From positions 832,001-896,000 of the forward strand of contig CAVWVQ010000003.1 of assembly GCA_963758525.1 (NCBI GenBank): DNA of 64,000 bases. Direction: 5' to 3'. Positions 10,215 to 20,166 of the stretch are shown piece by piece. The position numbers were made by a program, and so were the translations under genes. The DNA is from an uncultured Phycisphaerales bacterium (GTDB taxonomy: Bacteria; Planctomycetota; Phycisphaerae; Tepidisphaerales; Tepidisphaeraceae). The notes beneath the pieces are model-generated. The model made no database searches. It was not told the DNA's origin and saw nothing but the letters and a program-made list of their open reading frames with translations. Within the stretch, counting starts at the first letter, position 1, and every line of letters starts with the position of its first letter.

Positions 10215-10480
10215 CCATTGTCTCGATTCTGCTCTTTGCGCAGTTTGGCATCCCGCCGCAAACTGGCCAGAGCGAGCAGAATCATCAGTGGCAAGCCGAC
10301 CGCCCCGATGACGACTTGCGAGAGCGCCACATCCGGGGCACGGAACGCCATGAACATGATTGCCAGCATCAGCCCGAAAAAGCTGATGCCGATCGGCTGG
10401 CAGAAAACATCTCGCGTCAGCACCACCGCGGTTCCCGCTGCCGCAATGAACAGCAGGATGGCGATCAGGAAGGCGGTCAT
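10211..10480 (-). CDS. DUF4040 (MrpA C-terminal/MbhD-like) small subunit
   Basis: APDVALSQVVIGA motif; 3 TM segments. Confidence 0.82.
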   Translation of the reverse strand: MTAFLIAILLFIAAAGTAVVLTRDVFCQPIGISFFGLMLAIMFMAFRAPDVALSQVVIGAVGLPLMILLALASLRRDAKLRKEQNRDNG

Positions 10481-10854
10481 CGATCCTCCGTCCCGGCTCC
10501 GGCGATACCAATCGGCTTTCCGTCCACATTGACCAGCGGCAACTGCTCGTCAGGTTTGGGCGCCCACTGTTCACAACTCCGCATCCGGATGGCGCGAGCC
10601 GTGGCATGACTGAGAGTCGCGTTGGTGAGAAAAAGAATGATGGCGATCAAAACAGCTTTGATTCGCGACTGCCATTGCGGATCCTCGACCCACACCGCCG
10701 CCACGATGAGCGCGATGCCGATCGATGCGATAGGCGACGAAAAATGCAATCGCTGATAGGCATCCCGCACGACCGCCAGACCAATGGCGCACAGCACGCA
10801 CACTGCTGCGGCCAGACCCAGCAGGCTGCCGGTAATGATCGGGTGATGCGCCAT
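10477..10854 (-). CDS. mrpG: Mrp antiporter subunit G
   Basis: DAYQRLHF...LTNATLSHATARA. Confidence 0.85.
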   Translation of the reverse strand: MAHHPIITGSLLGLAAAVCVLCAIGLAVVRDAYQRLHFSSPIASIGIALIVAAVWVEDPQWQSRIKAVLIAIILFLTNATLSHATARAIRMRSCEQWAPKPDEQLPLVNVDGKPIGIAGAGTEDR

Positions 10855-10863
10855 GAAGCCCTT

Positions 10864-11115
10864 TCACAGCCAGCGTTGTACAAACCTGGCGAACACCATG
10901 CCCCCACCGAAGCTCAGAAACGCCAGGGTCAGCGGCAGATCAAAAAACGAAGATCGATGAAACCCCTCGGCCAGTAGCAGCAGCTCAATGGTCACCAGCA
11001 GACCCGTCATCTCCAGCCCGACCAATCGATCGTTCAGATCGCCGCGGAAGCAGACAATTCCGCACGGAATCAGAGAGGCCAAAACGACCGCGGCGGTCCA
11101 TAGCCAAAGGTTCAT
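10864..11115 (-). CDS. mrpF: Mrp antiporter subunit F
   Basis: DRLVGLE...DLPLTLAFLSFGG. Confidence 0.85.
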   Translation of the reverse strand: MNLWLWTAAVVLASLIPCGIVCFRGDLNDRLVGLEMTGLLVTIELLLLAEGFHRSSFFDLPLTLAFLSFGGGMVFARFVQRWL

Positions 11116-11648
11116 GGTTCGGCTCCCAGCTTCCTGACCAAGGGCGAGAGCGGGCCGGGGATCAGCTGGTGATAAATCATCAGATCCTGATCTTCTACGA
11201 CGCCGAGCATGATCGAATTCGGCGTAGCGCTGTTGTATGTAATGGCAAGAGCGCGGCGTCCGGCATCGACTGCGAGCCGGTTGTCGCCCGCGTTAAACAC
11301 CACCGCTGCCAGCACACTTGCAGGACCGCGCCTGGCAAACAGCTGCATGGCCAGCGCCTGCAGGATTTTGACGCTGTCGGCCAAGAGGGCCCCAGGCAAT
11401 CGCAAGGCCTGCGCGAGGTCGCGAAGGCGAAATGCAAACCGCGCCCCGGCTGCGGTGGCGAAGACGACCGCTGCCCCCGTCGCTAACCCGGCGACAATAA
11501 CACCCGCGGTTATCTCTCGAAAACCGGAATTGGATGTGAATGCCAGATACAGCCACAGGTTCGACAATCCAGCCGCCCCGCCGATCAACCAACTGTGAGC
11601 CTGACGCATCGGAATGCTCCTCAGAGAAGAATCTACCTGCGGCGTCAT
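11112..11648 (-). CDS. mrpE: Mrp antiporter subunit E-like
   Basis: LWLYL...EITAG, SATPNSIM, MIYHQL; position next to mrpF. Confidence 0.7.
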   Translation of the reverse strand: MTPQVDSSLRSIPMRQAHSWLIGGAAGLSNLWLYLAFTSNSGFREITAGVIVAGLATGAAVVFATAAGARFAFRLRDLAQALRLPGALLADSVKILQALAMQLFARRGPASVLAAVVFNAGDNRLAVDAGRRALAITYNSATPNSIMLGVVEDQDLMIYHQLIPGPLSPLVRKLGAEP

Positions 11649-11713
11649 GAGCGGTCAGTATGCAAAATGTGGTTCGGCGGGAACGATCTTTCAGTTTTGA
11701 CTTGTAAGAGACT

Positions 11714-12724
11714 TCAGACCGAAGCTTCGGCATTCATGTGAGCCGCATTGGAAATGATTCTGACCGGTGGAATTCCAACAATATCGTAAGTGCTGGAGGC
11801 AATTCCAATTTTCGCCTGGTCAAACGCTTCGATGATATCGCGGCTCATTTGATCCTTCAGTTCCCGCACTCCGTGCGTGGGAGCGATAAATCGGACTGTG
11901 AGCTCGATCCAGTTATCTGTGAGCCGCCAGTAGACTTTCGGGGACACGTCCGGTGAGGCCATGAAGTATTGTTTCGTGAGTTGCTTCATCGCTTCTTCGC
12001 TCATATCGCGGGTTTTGATGGTCTGACGATTGGCAACCTCCAGCAAAATTCGCTCCGCGCGTTTTCGATCATCTTTGTATGAGATGGGCAGCCGCATCTC
12101 TTCCCAAAGATAGGGGAATTCGCGGGTGTAGTTATAAACCGGCTCGTCGAACACCTTGGAATTGGAAACAGTGACGATTCTGCCGGTGTACTGACGCGCG
12201 TGCACCCACATCGCCGGGTCGGCCTCCTGCACTGCCGGCGGCTGGCCCATTTCCATGATGGTCGTCTGCGTGAATCGCAGCGCGACCACATCCCCCCGCA
12301 CGCCACCCATGGTGATACGGTCGCCCACCCCGAATGTCTTTCCCCGCAGGATGACCAGATAACCCGCCATGGCGCTGATTGGCTTTTGCAGCGCGAACGC
12401 GACACCTGCGGTCACTAACCCCATGAATGTCGCCAGCCGGGTTGGATTATCGAACCAGACCGACAGCACACATACCAGGGTCAGAACTGAAAGAATCAGA
12501 CTGATTCCTTGCCGAACCCAGAAGACGACTGTTTCGCTGCGGCGACCTTGGAGGAACAAATTTGCAAGGCTCTTCAGTACCCGATGCAGAACGACCACGC
12601 ACACGACGAAAGTTGCCGTAATGAGCAGCTTGCGACCGTTGTCGGGAGTGAACCCGATCAACTTCGTGCCGAAAAGCTCAACTGCATCGCTTCCGCCTTG
12701 GTGAGGTAGCGTAATCACCGACAT
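11714..12724 (-). CDS. Small-conductance mechanosensitive channel (MscS family)
   Basis: GVAFALQ, FGVGDRI, VSNSKVF...VYNYT. Confidence 0.88.
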   Translation of the reverse strand: MSVITLPHQGGSDAVELFGTKLIGFTPDNGRKLLITATFVVCVVVLHRVLKSLANLFLQGRRSETVVFWVRQGISLILSVLTLVCVLSVWFDNPTRLATFMGLVTAGVAFALQKPISAMAGYLVILRGKTFGVGDRITMGGVRGDVVALRFTQTTIMEMGQPPAVQEADPAMWVHARQYTGRIVTVSNSKVFDEPVYNYTREFPYLWEEMRLPISYKDDRKRAERILLEVANRQTIKTRDMSEEAMKQLTKQYFMASPDVSPKVYWRLTDNWIELTVRFIAPTHGVRELKDQMSRDIIEAFDQAKIGIASSTYDIVGIPPVRIISNAAHMNAEASV

Positions 12725-12738
12725 ATTGCATACTCCGC

Positions 12739-12905
12739 TTAGGCGCTGTCTGAAAACCCTAAGCCCTCACGATGGGCCGGATTCGATTCGACAGCGAGGC
12801 GTCGCCCCGCAGTCCGGCTCCGTAGAGCCATCAAGGGGCGGCAACGAAGCAGGCGGATCGAATCCGGCCCACCGTGAGGGCTTAGGGTTTTCAGACAGAG
12901 CCTAG
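12739..12905. mobile_element. MITE-like element with ~50-bp terminal inverted repeats
   Basis: Left TTAGGCGCTGTCTGAAAACCCTAAGCCCTCACGATGGGCCGGATTCGATTCG vs reverse complement of right CTAGGCTCTGTCTGAAAACCCTAAGCCCTCACGGTGGGCCGGATTCGATCCG. Confidence 0.75.
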
Positions 12906-14692
12906 TGTGGAACCAGGCTCTGCACCATTCCTTTGACCGCCTGCTTGATGATGCCTGCCTCGTTGGGATCTCCGCGCAGGATCGTCTCCGTAAAATGCTT
13001 TGCCTGCTCAAATGAGATATGAGGCGGGATCGTTGGCGTGTCCGGATCGGTGATCGCTTCCACCACAACCGGTCGATCGCTGGAGAGCGCGCGGTCCCAT
13101 GCGTCGGCAAGCTGCTCCGGTCTTTCCACGCGGATCCCGCGCAAACCGATCGAGTCGGCGAAGGCGGCGTATGGGAAATCGGGCAATTCCTGGCTCGCGG
13201 CAAATTTGATGTCGCCGATCATGATGCGCTGTTCCCAAGTCACCTGGTTCAGATCGCGATTATTCAACACCAGCGTGATCCAGCGCGGGTCGGCCCATTC
13301 CTTCCAGTATTTGGAGACGGTGATGCAGGAGTTCAGGCCGTTCATCTGCATGGCGCCATCGCCGGTGACGGCAATGCAGACGCGGTCGGGAAAACAAAAC
13401 TTCGCACCGACCGCGTAAGGAACCGCGGCCCCCATCGATGCGAGATTTCCGCTGCCGCTGGCCATCATCCCGCGGCGGATCTTCAGATCGCGGGCATACC
13501 AGTTGGCGGTCGTGCCGCTGTCGGCAGAAATAATGCATCGGTCGGGGAGCTTGGGACTCAACTCCCAGAAGACCCGCTCGGGGTTGAGCAAATCGTTGTT
13601 GCCATCGGTATGAGCGCGGCCCTCCACGACTTTCCACCAGTCCTTCACATTTTCAATCACGGTCTTCTGCCATGCGCGGTCCGTCTTTCGCGTGATGAGG
13701 GGGATGAGTGCGGCAAGTGTCTGCCTGGCGTCTCCCTTGAGATTCACGTCCATCGGGTAACGCAGGCTCAGGAGCCGGCCATCGATATCGATCTGCACCG
13801 CTTTCGCCTGTCCTGCCTTTGGATAGAACTCGCCGTACGGAAAACTGCAGCCGACCACCAGGAGCGTGTCGCAATCCTGCATCAGGTCCCAACTCGGCTT
13901 GCTGCCCAGCAAGCCGATGTGGCCCGCGCAGAACGGAACTTCTTCGGGCATGGCGGCTTTCCCAAGCCAGCTCTTGGAAACGCCGGCTCCCAGCAGTTCT
14001 GCGATTTGCAACACTTCATCCTGCGCATCGAGCGCGCCGGCGCCGATGAGCATCGCTACTTTTTTACCTTCGTTGAGGATTTTCGCCGCCGCCGAAAGAT
14101 CGGCCTTGTGGGGGATCATGAATGGCACCGGGCACCCGACGCCGCTCAGCGCGTGATCATGCTTCTGCGGCGGATTGGGAACTGCCGACTCCTCCTGGAT
14201 GTCCTTCGGGAAGATCAGGCATGTCACGGTTCTCTGATCCAGGGCAATGCGGAAGGCGCGATCCACGCAGTGCCGCACCGCGGCCGGGCTCATCACGGTG
14301 ACGCAATATTCGCTGGCAACGTCTTTGAAGAGTGATTGCAGATCGACTTCCTGTTGATACTGGCTTCCGATCGCCGTGGTAGCCGATTGCCCCACGATCG
14401 CGACGACAGGCTGGTGATCCATCTTCGCGTCGTAGAGACCATTGAGCAGATGAATTGCGCCCGGCCCGCTCGTGGCCATGCAGACACCGACCGTCCCGGT
14501 AAACTTGGCGTGCGCCGAGGCCATGAAGGCGCACAGTTCTTCGTGGCGTGCCTGGATAAACCGGGGCCGGTTCTCGTTCTTGCGCAATCCGGCGAGGATG
14601 CCGTTGATCCCGTCTCCGGGAAAAGCGTAAATCCGCTTGACCCCCCATTCCTGCACGCGTTGCATGACGTATTGACCGACGGTGATTGCCAT
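12902..14692 (-). CDS. Thiamine pyrophosphate-requiring enzyme (pyruvate oxidase/PoxB-like)
   Basis: FPGDGING, ARHEE, TSGPGAIHLLNGLYDAK, GDGAMQM...LNN. Confidence 0.92.
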   Translation of the reverse strand: MAITVGQYVMQRVQEWGVKRIYAFPGDGINGILAGLRKNENRPRFIQARHEELCAFMASAHAKFTGTVGVCMATSGPGAIHLLNGLYDAKMDHQPVVAIVGQSATTAIGSQYQQEVDLQSLFKDVASEYCVTVMSPAAVRHCVDRAFRIALDQRTVTCLIFPKDIQEESAVPNPPQKHDHALSGVGCPVPFMIPHKADLSAAAKILNEGKKVAMLIGAGALDAQDEVLQIAELLGAGVSKSWLGKAAMPEEVPFCAGHIGLLGSKPSWDLMQDCDTLLVVGCSFPYGEFYPKAGQAKAVQIDIDGRLLSLRYPMDVNLKGDARQTLAALIPLITRKTDRAWQKTVIENVKDWWKVVEGRAHTDGNNDLLNPERVFWELSPKLPDRCIISADSGTTANWYARDLKIRRGMMASGSGNLASMGAAVPYAVGAKFCFPDRVCIAVTGDGAMQMNGLNSCITVSKYWKEWADPRWITLVLNNRDLNQVTWEQRIMIGDIKFAASQELPDFPYAAFADSIGLRGIRVERPEQLADAWDRALSSDRPVVVEAITDPDTPTIPPHISFEQAKHFTETILRGDPNEAGIIKQAVKGMVQSLVPH

Positions 14693-14706
14693 GATGTTGT
14701 TCCTTT

Positions 14707-15180
14707 TCAACAAAGCGAGGTTGCATCCAGTGTGGCCGGGGCGGCGTCCAGATCGATCAAGGGCAGTCCGTACTCCGGTCGAAACGATTTTCGTAAATGA
14801 GCCGGCGATTCGATGACAATCAGCTCGAGCGTCGGTCTCACCCGCCCGCTCTGGAGGTGGCCGCCATGAGCAGTCCCATCCCTTTTTGCGACGCAGATGT
14901 GCGCATGCAGGGCTGGTTTGCCTTTGGATTCGGCGACATCCCCTATGAGGCTGAGGACCTCGATCTGCTCATTGATCTCAATTGGGTGATAAGTCTTTTT
15001 TCCCAGATCAAACCATGCGACGGTCACGCTGGCGAACCCGCCGATGCCCGTGAAATGGGCCGCCTGCAGGTGTTCGGCGGCGGCGAAGTTTCTCAACTCG
15101 GCGATGACTTCATCGTCCGCATCGAAGATCAGGGCCCACTCGCGGCGTCCGCCGATATTGCTGAGCAATTTGGATCTCAT
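14707..15180 (-). CDS. PPC domain (DUF296) protein
   Basis: EVLSLIGD, ALHAHI, AHGGHL. Confidence 0.85.
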   Translation of the reverse strand: MRSKLLSNIGGRREWALIFDADDEVIAELRNFAAAEHLQAAHFTGIGGFASVTVAWFDLGKKTYHPIEINEQIEVLSLIGDVAESKGKPALHAHICVAKRDGTAHGGHLQSGRVRPTLELIVIESPAHLRKSFRPEYGLPLIDLDAAPATLDATSLC

Positions 15181-15184
15181 TACA

Positions 15185-15769
15185 TCATCCGGTTGAAACC
15201 ATCGCGGTGGGTGATTGATGTCGTAAGCGAAACTCAGGCGCAGGCCCGTGGGTGCGTCCATCGTCGCGGCCTGATTCGCAGAATCGGTCGATCATTCCGA
15301 AGGCCGCGGCTGTCGTGATGCCGTAAACGGCGTGCCGCAACAGTTCGCCCACAACCTCGGGGAAATTACGCCTCCACAGTGGCGGGGTCGAACCTGCTGC
15401 CGACAGCAGAGCGACATTTTCAACGGTGTAGAGGGAGGCGCCCAAAAGAACACCGTTCCCCAAAGCCGACCTGCGAGTTCCCCGGCCGCGCCACATGCCG
15501 TAGAGCGCGCCAAGGAGAGTACCGCAGCTCAACTTTATGATAGTTGCCGCGTGTCGCTCGACAGAATGTGGAAGCCGGTCGGCTGATCCTGCAGCTCGTT
15601 GAACTGCCTGCAGGACCGATCTGCCGGGATCCTCGCAATCGCTGGCAATCGTTCTGGGAGCGTAATGTTGATCGAATGAACGAGCTGCCATCCAACTGCA
15701 CGCTCCAGCCAGTCCGGCAGCAGCTCCGATCGCCAAGGCAGAGACAACACGCGGGTTTAATCGTTTCAT
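15185..15769 (-). CDS. Membrane protein (possibly DUF1440-like)
   Basis: MKRLNPRVVSALAIGAAAGLAG start overlaps SDR stop; GALYG and HAVYG segments; C-terminal frame uncertain. Confidence 0.55.
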   Translation of the reverse strand: MKRLNPRVVSALAIGAAAGLAGACSWMAARSFDQHYAPRTIASDCEDPGRSVLQAVQRAAGSADRLPHSVERHAATIIKLSCGTLLGALYGMWRGRGTRRSALGNGVLLGASLYTVENVALLSAAGSTPPLWRRNFPEVVGELLRHAVYGITTAAAFGMIDRFCESGRDDGRTHGPAPEFRLRHQSPTAMVSTG

Positions 15770-16791
15770 GAAAGCCAACTTTCGCGCGACGTTGGTTTGT
15801 CCTTCAGCAGCATCATTGCGCAAAGTCCCGCTCCGGCGACAATGCCGCCCAGCAGCTTCGCGCGGTTTTCCGTTGCCCACAGTTGCCAGCTGAATCGATG
15901 TGCCAGGCGATCGAACGGACCATGAGCGCCATGGTCTCCCGCAAGGGGCTTCCAGAAATTGTCCTGCTGATCTGGATCGACCTTCTCCGGCAGCATCGAT
16001 CCCTCCCACGCCGCCTTGGCCAGATAGTGATCGAGCATTCCGGGAATCACCTTTTCCCCAAGCGTTGCCTCCACGGTGGTATATCCCACCATGATCTCGC
16101 GTCGATCGTGCTCGGCGGCAAAAAGGATTGCTTCGGCCGCGACCTCGGGTTGAAAAATTGTCCCGGTCGGACGCGCCTTGTGCGGCATTTTGTTCTTCGT
16201 CCACACAAACTGTGTCGTGTTCAACGCCGGCATGTTGACCACCGAAACGCGCACGTTGCTCTTCTGGTGAATCAACTCGCTGCGTATCGATTCGGTGAAT
16301 CCCTGAATGGCGTGCTTGCTGGCGCAGTAGGCGCTTTGCAGGGGAATCGAACGAAACGCCAGCGCCGATCCGACCTGGATGATCACGCCCTGATCCCGCG
16401 GCATCATGCGCTGCAGGGCGCAATAAGTGCCGTGCATGTTGCCCAGAAATGTCACGTCGACGATGTGCCGGAATTCCTCCGGCGACATCCTGATAAACGG
16501 GCTGTACATGGAGACCATCGCGTTGTTGATCCACAGATCGATGGGCCCGAATGCCTTTTCCGCGGCGTCGGCCGCCGCATTGACCTGGTCAAACTGACTC
16601 ACATCGGCCGGAACCACCAAGGCTCGGCCGCCGCGGGATTCAACGTCGCGCCGCGCCCCTTCCAATCCGTCGCGACCGCGTGCCAGAAGCACGACGCAGG
16701 CCCCGCGCTCCGCCAAAAGGCGAACCGTTGCCCTGCCCACGCCCCCCGAAGCGCCCGTCACCACCGCTACTGTTTTTGGTCCTACCAACAT
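15766..16791 (-). CDS. Short-chain dehydrogenase/reductase with C-terminal hydrophobic tail
   Basis: TGASGGVG, NNAM, YCASK. Confidence 0.92.
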   Translation of the reverse strand: MLVGPKTVAVVTGASGGVGRATVRLLAERGACVVLLARGRDGLEGARRDVESRGGRALVVPADVSQFDQVNAAADAAEKAFGPIDLWINNAMVSMYSPFIRMSPEEFRHIVDVTFLGNMHGTYCALQRMMPRDQGVIIQVGSALAFRSIPLQSAYCASKHAIQGFTESIRSELIHQKSNVRVSVVNMPALNTTQFVWTKNKMPHKARPTGTIFQPEVAAEAILFAAEHDRREIMVGYTTVEATLGEKVIPGMLDHYLAKAAWEGSMLPEKVDPDQQDNFWKPLAGDHGAHGPFDRLAHRFSWQLWATENRAKLLGGIVAGAGLCAMMLLKDKPTSRESWLS

Positions 16792-19700
16792 CACAACTCC
16801 CGTTGAATTTCCTTTCTGCGCGTCCTGACGAATTCCATGACTGCCACGCCCGCTACCGCTCCCAAACCGAGCATGCAAACGGCGCACACCGTGGCGATGA
16901 GCTGGGCCCGCTCTCTGCGGGCGACGACAGTTGCTTCCGGACGCCTGCCGCCCAACCCATCACCTGCGACCGATGCCAGTTGCAGCACTTGAGCCATGTG
17001 CAGCGCGGTGCGACCCGTCTGCTGCTCGATCTGTTCCTGACAACTGAATCCGTCGGCAACGACCAATTCGTCTTCCCCGGCGTTTCTGACCTCAGGCAAC
17101 AGCAGCCGTTCCCCCGCGGCCACCCCGACTTCGTAGTGGTCGTTTTCCTTCTCATACCCAAACGCGCCGGCCATTCCGCAGCAGCCGGCGTCCGGGTGCC
17201 GATCCTCGATTCCCATTTTCTTGAAGATTTCCTTTTCGGCGAAGAGCTTGCCAAATTCCTTGTCGTTGAGCGTGTCGAGCGCTTTTTGATGACAATGTCC
17301 ATGGACAATCGCTTTTTTGCTCCATTTGGGGAGGGAATAATGCGGGGCTTTTGAGCGGAGAAAGTCACTGAGCGTGAACGTCAGCGACTTGAGCCGCTTG
17401 GCGTCTTCGCTGCTGGGCATCATGTTGGAAAGCTCATCCTGGAAAGCAGCCCAGCAGCTCGGTTCGAGCACCACCATCGGAATGCCGGCCTGGTAATAGG
17501 GACGCAGTTTGTCGAGAAGGTCGATCCACCAGCGTCTGGCCATATCCAAAAAGCCATAGTCATAAAGCGGTCGACCACAGCAAACATCCGCCATTGGGAC
17601 ATGGACGTGGAATCCGGCGTTCTCAAGCACCTCCGTGGCGGCGATGGCAACATCGGGATGGAAATAATTGTTGAATGTATCCGCGAAGAGGACCACCGGA
17701 CTGCCCGCGGGATTCTTCGGCTCGCGCGAGCGGAACCAGCGCTTGAATGGCTGGGGCGCAAAGGGAGGAATCCTGCGCCTGGGATGCACGCCTGCCAGCA
17801 GCTTGGCGAGGGAACGCAGCCCGGGCATCTGGGTGAAAAGATTCGCAACTGCCGGCGCAGGACGCAAGCGTCGCCCAGACGTGAATCCAGCCGAAGGCGT
17901 ACGCGTGTCTTGGCGCAGCCGGCCCTCGTAATAATGACTGAGGAATTCGGCCTTGTAGGTGGCCATATCGACATTGACCGGGCACTCTCCTTTGCAGCCC
18001 TTGCACGAGAAGCACAAATCCAGCGCGTCTTTCACCTCGTCGCTCTTCCACCCATCATCGATGACCTCGCCGTTCATCATCTCGAAGAGCATCCGCGCCC
18101 GACCGCGGGTGGAATGCTTTTCTTCGCGGGTGACCATATAGCTTGGGCACATGGTCCCGCCGCCTTCGCGCCGACAGGCGCCGACGCCGACGCAGCGAAG
18201 CGTAGCGCGGGCAAAGCTGTGCTGATCGCCGGTATACGCGAAATGGGTCGACGGCTGCGGCGGGTTGTAGTCGGGACCGATCCGGAGATTTTCTGTGATG
18301 CCATACGCGGGGCCGTCGAGGTTCACGACCTTCCCGGTGTTCATGCGATTGGTCGGATCCCAGATGCGCTTGAAATCCTTGAAGGCTTCAAACAGTTCGG
18401 CGCCAAACATCCGGGGCAGGAACTGGCCGCGGGCCTGCCCGTCGCCGTGCTCGCCGGAGGCAACGCCGCCGAACTTCACCACCAGGTCCACCGCTTCGTG
18501 CATGAACCTGGTGTACTTTTCGATGCCCGGCCTGGTGTAGAGATCAAACTGAGCCCGGCAGTGGATGCATCCCTGGCCCATATGCCCGTAGAGTGACGGG
18601 TTGTAATCATATTTATGAAACAACGCTCGCAGCTCGCGCAGGTATTGGGGCACTGCTTCAACCGGCACGGCGGAATCTTCCCAGCCTGGCCACGTGTCCG
18701 GCTGGCCCGGCACCCACGCCGTGCTTCCAAGACCTCCCTCGCGCACCGACCAGATCATCTGCTCCTGCTTGGGATCGTCATAGAGCTTCGAGTCCACCGG
18801 CGCCCGCTCGCCTAAACCCCTGACGTGATCGAGCATCCGCCGCGTCTGCTCATCGCTGTCCTCTTTTGATTCACCGCCAAACTCCACCAGTAAAAACGCC
18901 GGCCCCTTGGGTAGGATTGCGAGGCTTGCGTTTTCGTCGCCCTTTTTCTTCACATATTCAAAGAGCAACTCATCGAGTCCTTCACAGGCGGTTGGCTCGA
19001 ACTTGAGCACCTCCAACGCGCACTCGGCCGCGGTATAAATGTCCTTGAAACCCAACATCGCCACAGTGCGCGCCTTCGGCGCCGGAACCAGATGAAGCGT
19101 GGCTTCCAGGATTGTCACCAGCGTCGATTCGGATCCAACCAGTGCCCGCGCGACGTTGAAGCCATTCTCCGGCAACAGGTCATTGAGGTTGTAGCCCGAT
19201 ACGCGCCGTTCCAGTTTCGGAAACTTTTCGCGAATGAGTTTTCCGTAGCGATCCACGAGATTTTTGAGACCCGCATAAATCTCCGCGGGCCGGCCGCCGC
19301 CTCGGATGTGGGCCTCTAGCATTTCCGGCGACGTGGGGCCGACATGCATTCGCGTTCCGTCGTAAAGCAGAATGTCCAGCGCGTGCGTGTTGTCGCTCAT
19401 GCGCACGCCAAAGCCATGCTTCTTGCTCAGCAACGAGTGGCTGCCGCAGGAATTATTCCCGAGCATTCCCCCAATCGTGCATCGGCTGTGCGTCGCTGGA
19501 TCGGGGCCGAAGAACAGCCCCGCCTGCTTTTTTGCCGTTTCGCGAAAATGGTCGAGCACACAGCCTGGCTGCACGTGCCCGAGGCGCTTTTCCGCGTCGA
19601 TTTTCACCACCTGATGCATGTACTTGGAGAAATCCATCACGACGGCGACATTGCAGCACTGCCCGGCCAGACTCGTCCCCCCGCCGCGCGCGAGGATCGG

Positions 19701-19982
19701 CGCGCCGTGCTGGCGGGCGAGGCGGACCGTGGTTTCAACATCCTGCACGTGACGGGGAACCACCACGCCGATCGGCGCCTGGCGGTAGTTGGAGCCGTCG
19801 GTCGCGTAGAGGGCGCGTGTCCCCTTATCGAAGCGCACCTCGCCGTCGATCGATTGCTTCAACGCCTCCGCTAATGCCGTGGCTGCGTCAACCGGCAGCG
19901 CCGTGCGCGAATCATCTTTGTAACTGCGCTGCAGTCGCGGTCTTTCATCCTGCCGGCGAAGAACTGTTAGACTTCTGCTCAT
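16791..19982 (-). CDS. FAD-binding, Fe-S (CCG-domain) oxidoreductase, D-lactate/glycolate dehydrogenase-like fusion
   Basis: RGGGTSLAGQ, SGEHGDG, CVGVGAC, CFSCKGCKGECP, two CCG motifs, C-terminal TM helix. Confidence 0.92.
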   Translation of the reverse strand: MSRSLTVLRRQDERPRLQRSYKDDSRTALPVDAATALAEALKQSIDGEVRFDKGTRALYATDGSNYRQAPIGVVVPRHVQDVETTVRLARQHGAPILARGGGTSLAGQCCNVAVVMDFSKYMHQVVKIDAEKRLGHVQPGCVLDHFRETAKKQAGLFFGPDPATHSRCTIGGMLGNNSCGSHSLLSKKHGFGVRMSDNTHALDILLYDGTRMHVGPTSPEMLEAHIRGGGRPAEIYAGLKNLVDRYGKLIREKFPKLERRVSGYNLNDLLPENGFNVARALVGSESTLVTILEATLHLVPAPKARTVAMLGFKDIYTAAECALEVLKFEPTACEGLDELLFEYVKKKGDENASLAILPKGPAFLLVEFGGESKEDSDEQTRRMLDHVRGLGERAPVDSKLYDDPKQEQMIWSVREGGLGSTAWVPGQPDTWPGWEDSAVPVEAVPQYLRELRALFHKYDYNPSLYGHMGQGCIHCRAQFDLYTRPGIEKYTRFMHEAVDLVVKFGGVASGEHGDGQARGQFLPRMFGAELFEAFKDFKRIWDPTNRMNTGKVVNLDGPAYGITENLRIGPDYNPPQPSTHFAYTGDQHSFARATLRCVGVGACRREGGGTMCPSYMVTREEKHSTRGRARMLFEMMNGEVIDDGWKSDEVKDALDLCFSCKGCKGECPVNVDMATYKAEFLSHYYEGRLRQDTRTPSAGFTSGRRLRPAPAVANLFTQMPGLRSLAKLLAGVHPRRRIPPFAPQPFKRWFRSREPKNPAGSPVVLFADTFNNYFHPDVAIAATEVLENAGFHVHVPMADVCCGRPLYDYGFLDMARRWWIDLLDKLRPYYQAGIPMVVLEPSCWAAFQDELSNMMPSSEDAKRLKSLTFTLSDFLRSKAPHYSLPKWSKKAIVHGHCHQKALDTLNDKEFGKLFAEKEIFKKMGIEDRHPDAGCCGMAGAFGYEKENDHYEVGVAAGERLLLPEVRNAGEDELVVADGFSCQEQIEQQTGRTALHMAQVLQLASVAGDGLGGRRPEATVVARRERAQLIATVCAVCMLGLGAVAGVAVMEFVRTRRKEIQREL

Positions 19983-20166
19983 TCCAAATACTCCGATTGT
20001 TCTGTTGCAGAGTCAGATTTACAGATTCCCCCCGCGGCAGGCAGCGGGCAAAATGCCTGAGAACTTCCCATCCAACCAAGCTGAACCGGTGGAGTCCTTG
20101 CGACTACGCGACGCGGCTGGCGAAAGATAGAGAGCGCGTTCGTGGAATCGCAGATGGGACCCAAAT

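Noticed and set aside
10215..10607. N-terminal extension of MrpB
   Set aside because: It overlaps the DUF4040 and mrpG genes in other frames; the ATGA-coupled start is at 10214.
7239..11648. Complex I (nuo) or hydrogenase operon
   Set aside because: The subunits carry Mrp B/C/E/F/G motifs, and no NuoH, NuoB/D or NiFe subunits are present.
13019..14335. Long antisense ORFs (also 38556-39791, 22971-24278, 60558-61709)
   Set aside because: Shadows of well-supported opposite-strand genes, typical of high-GC DNA.
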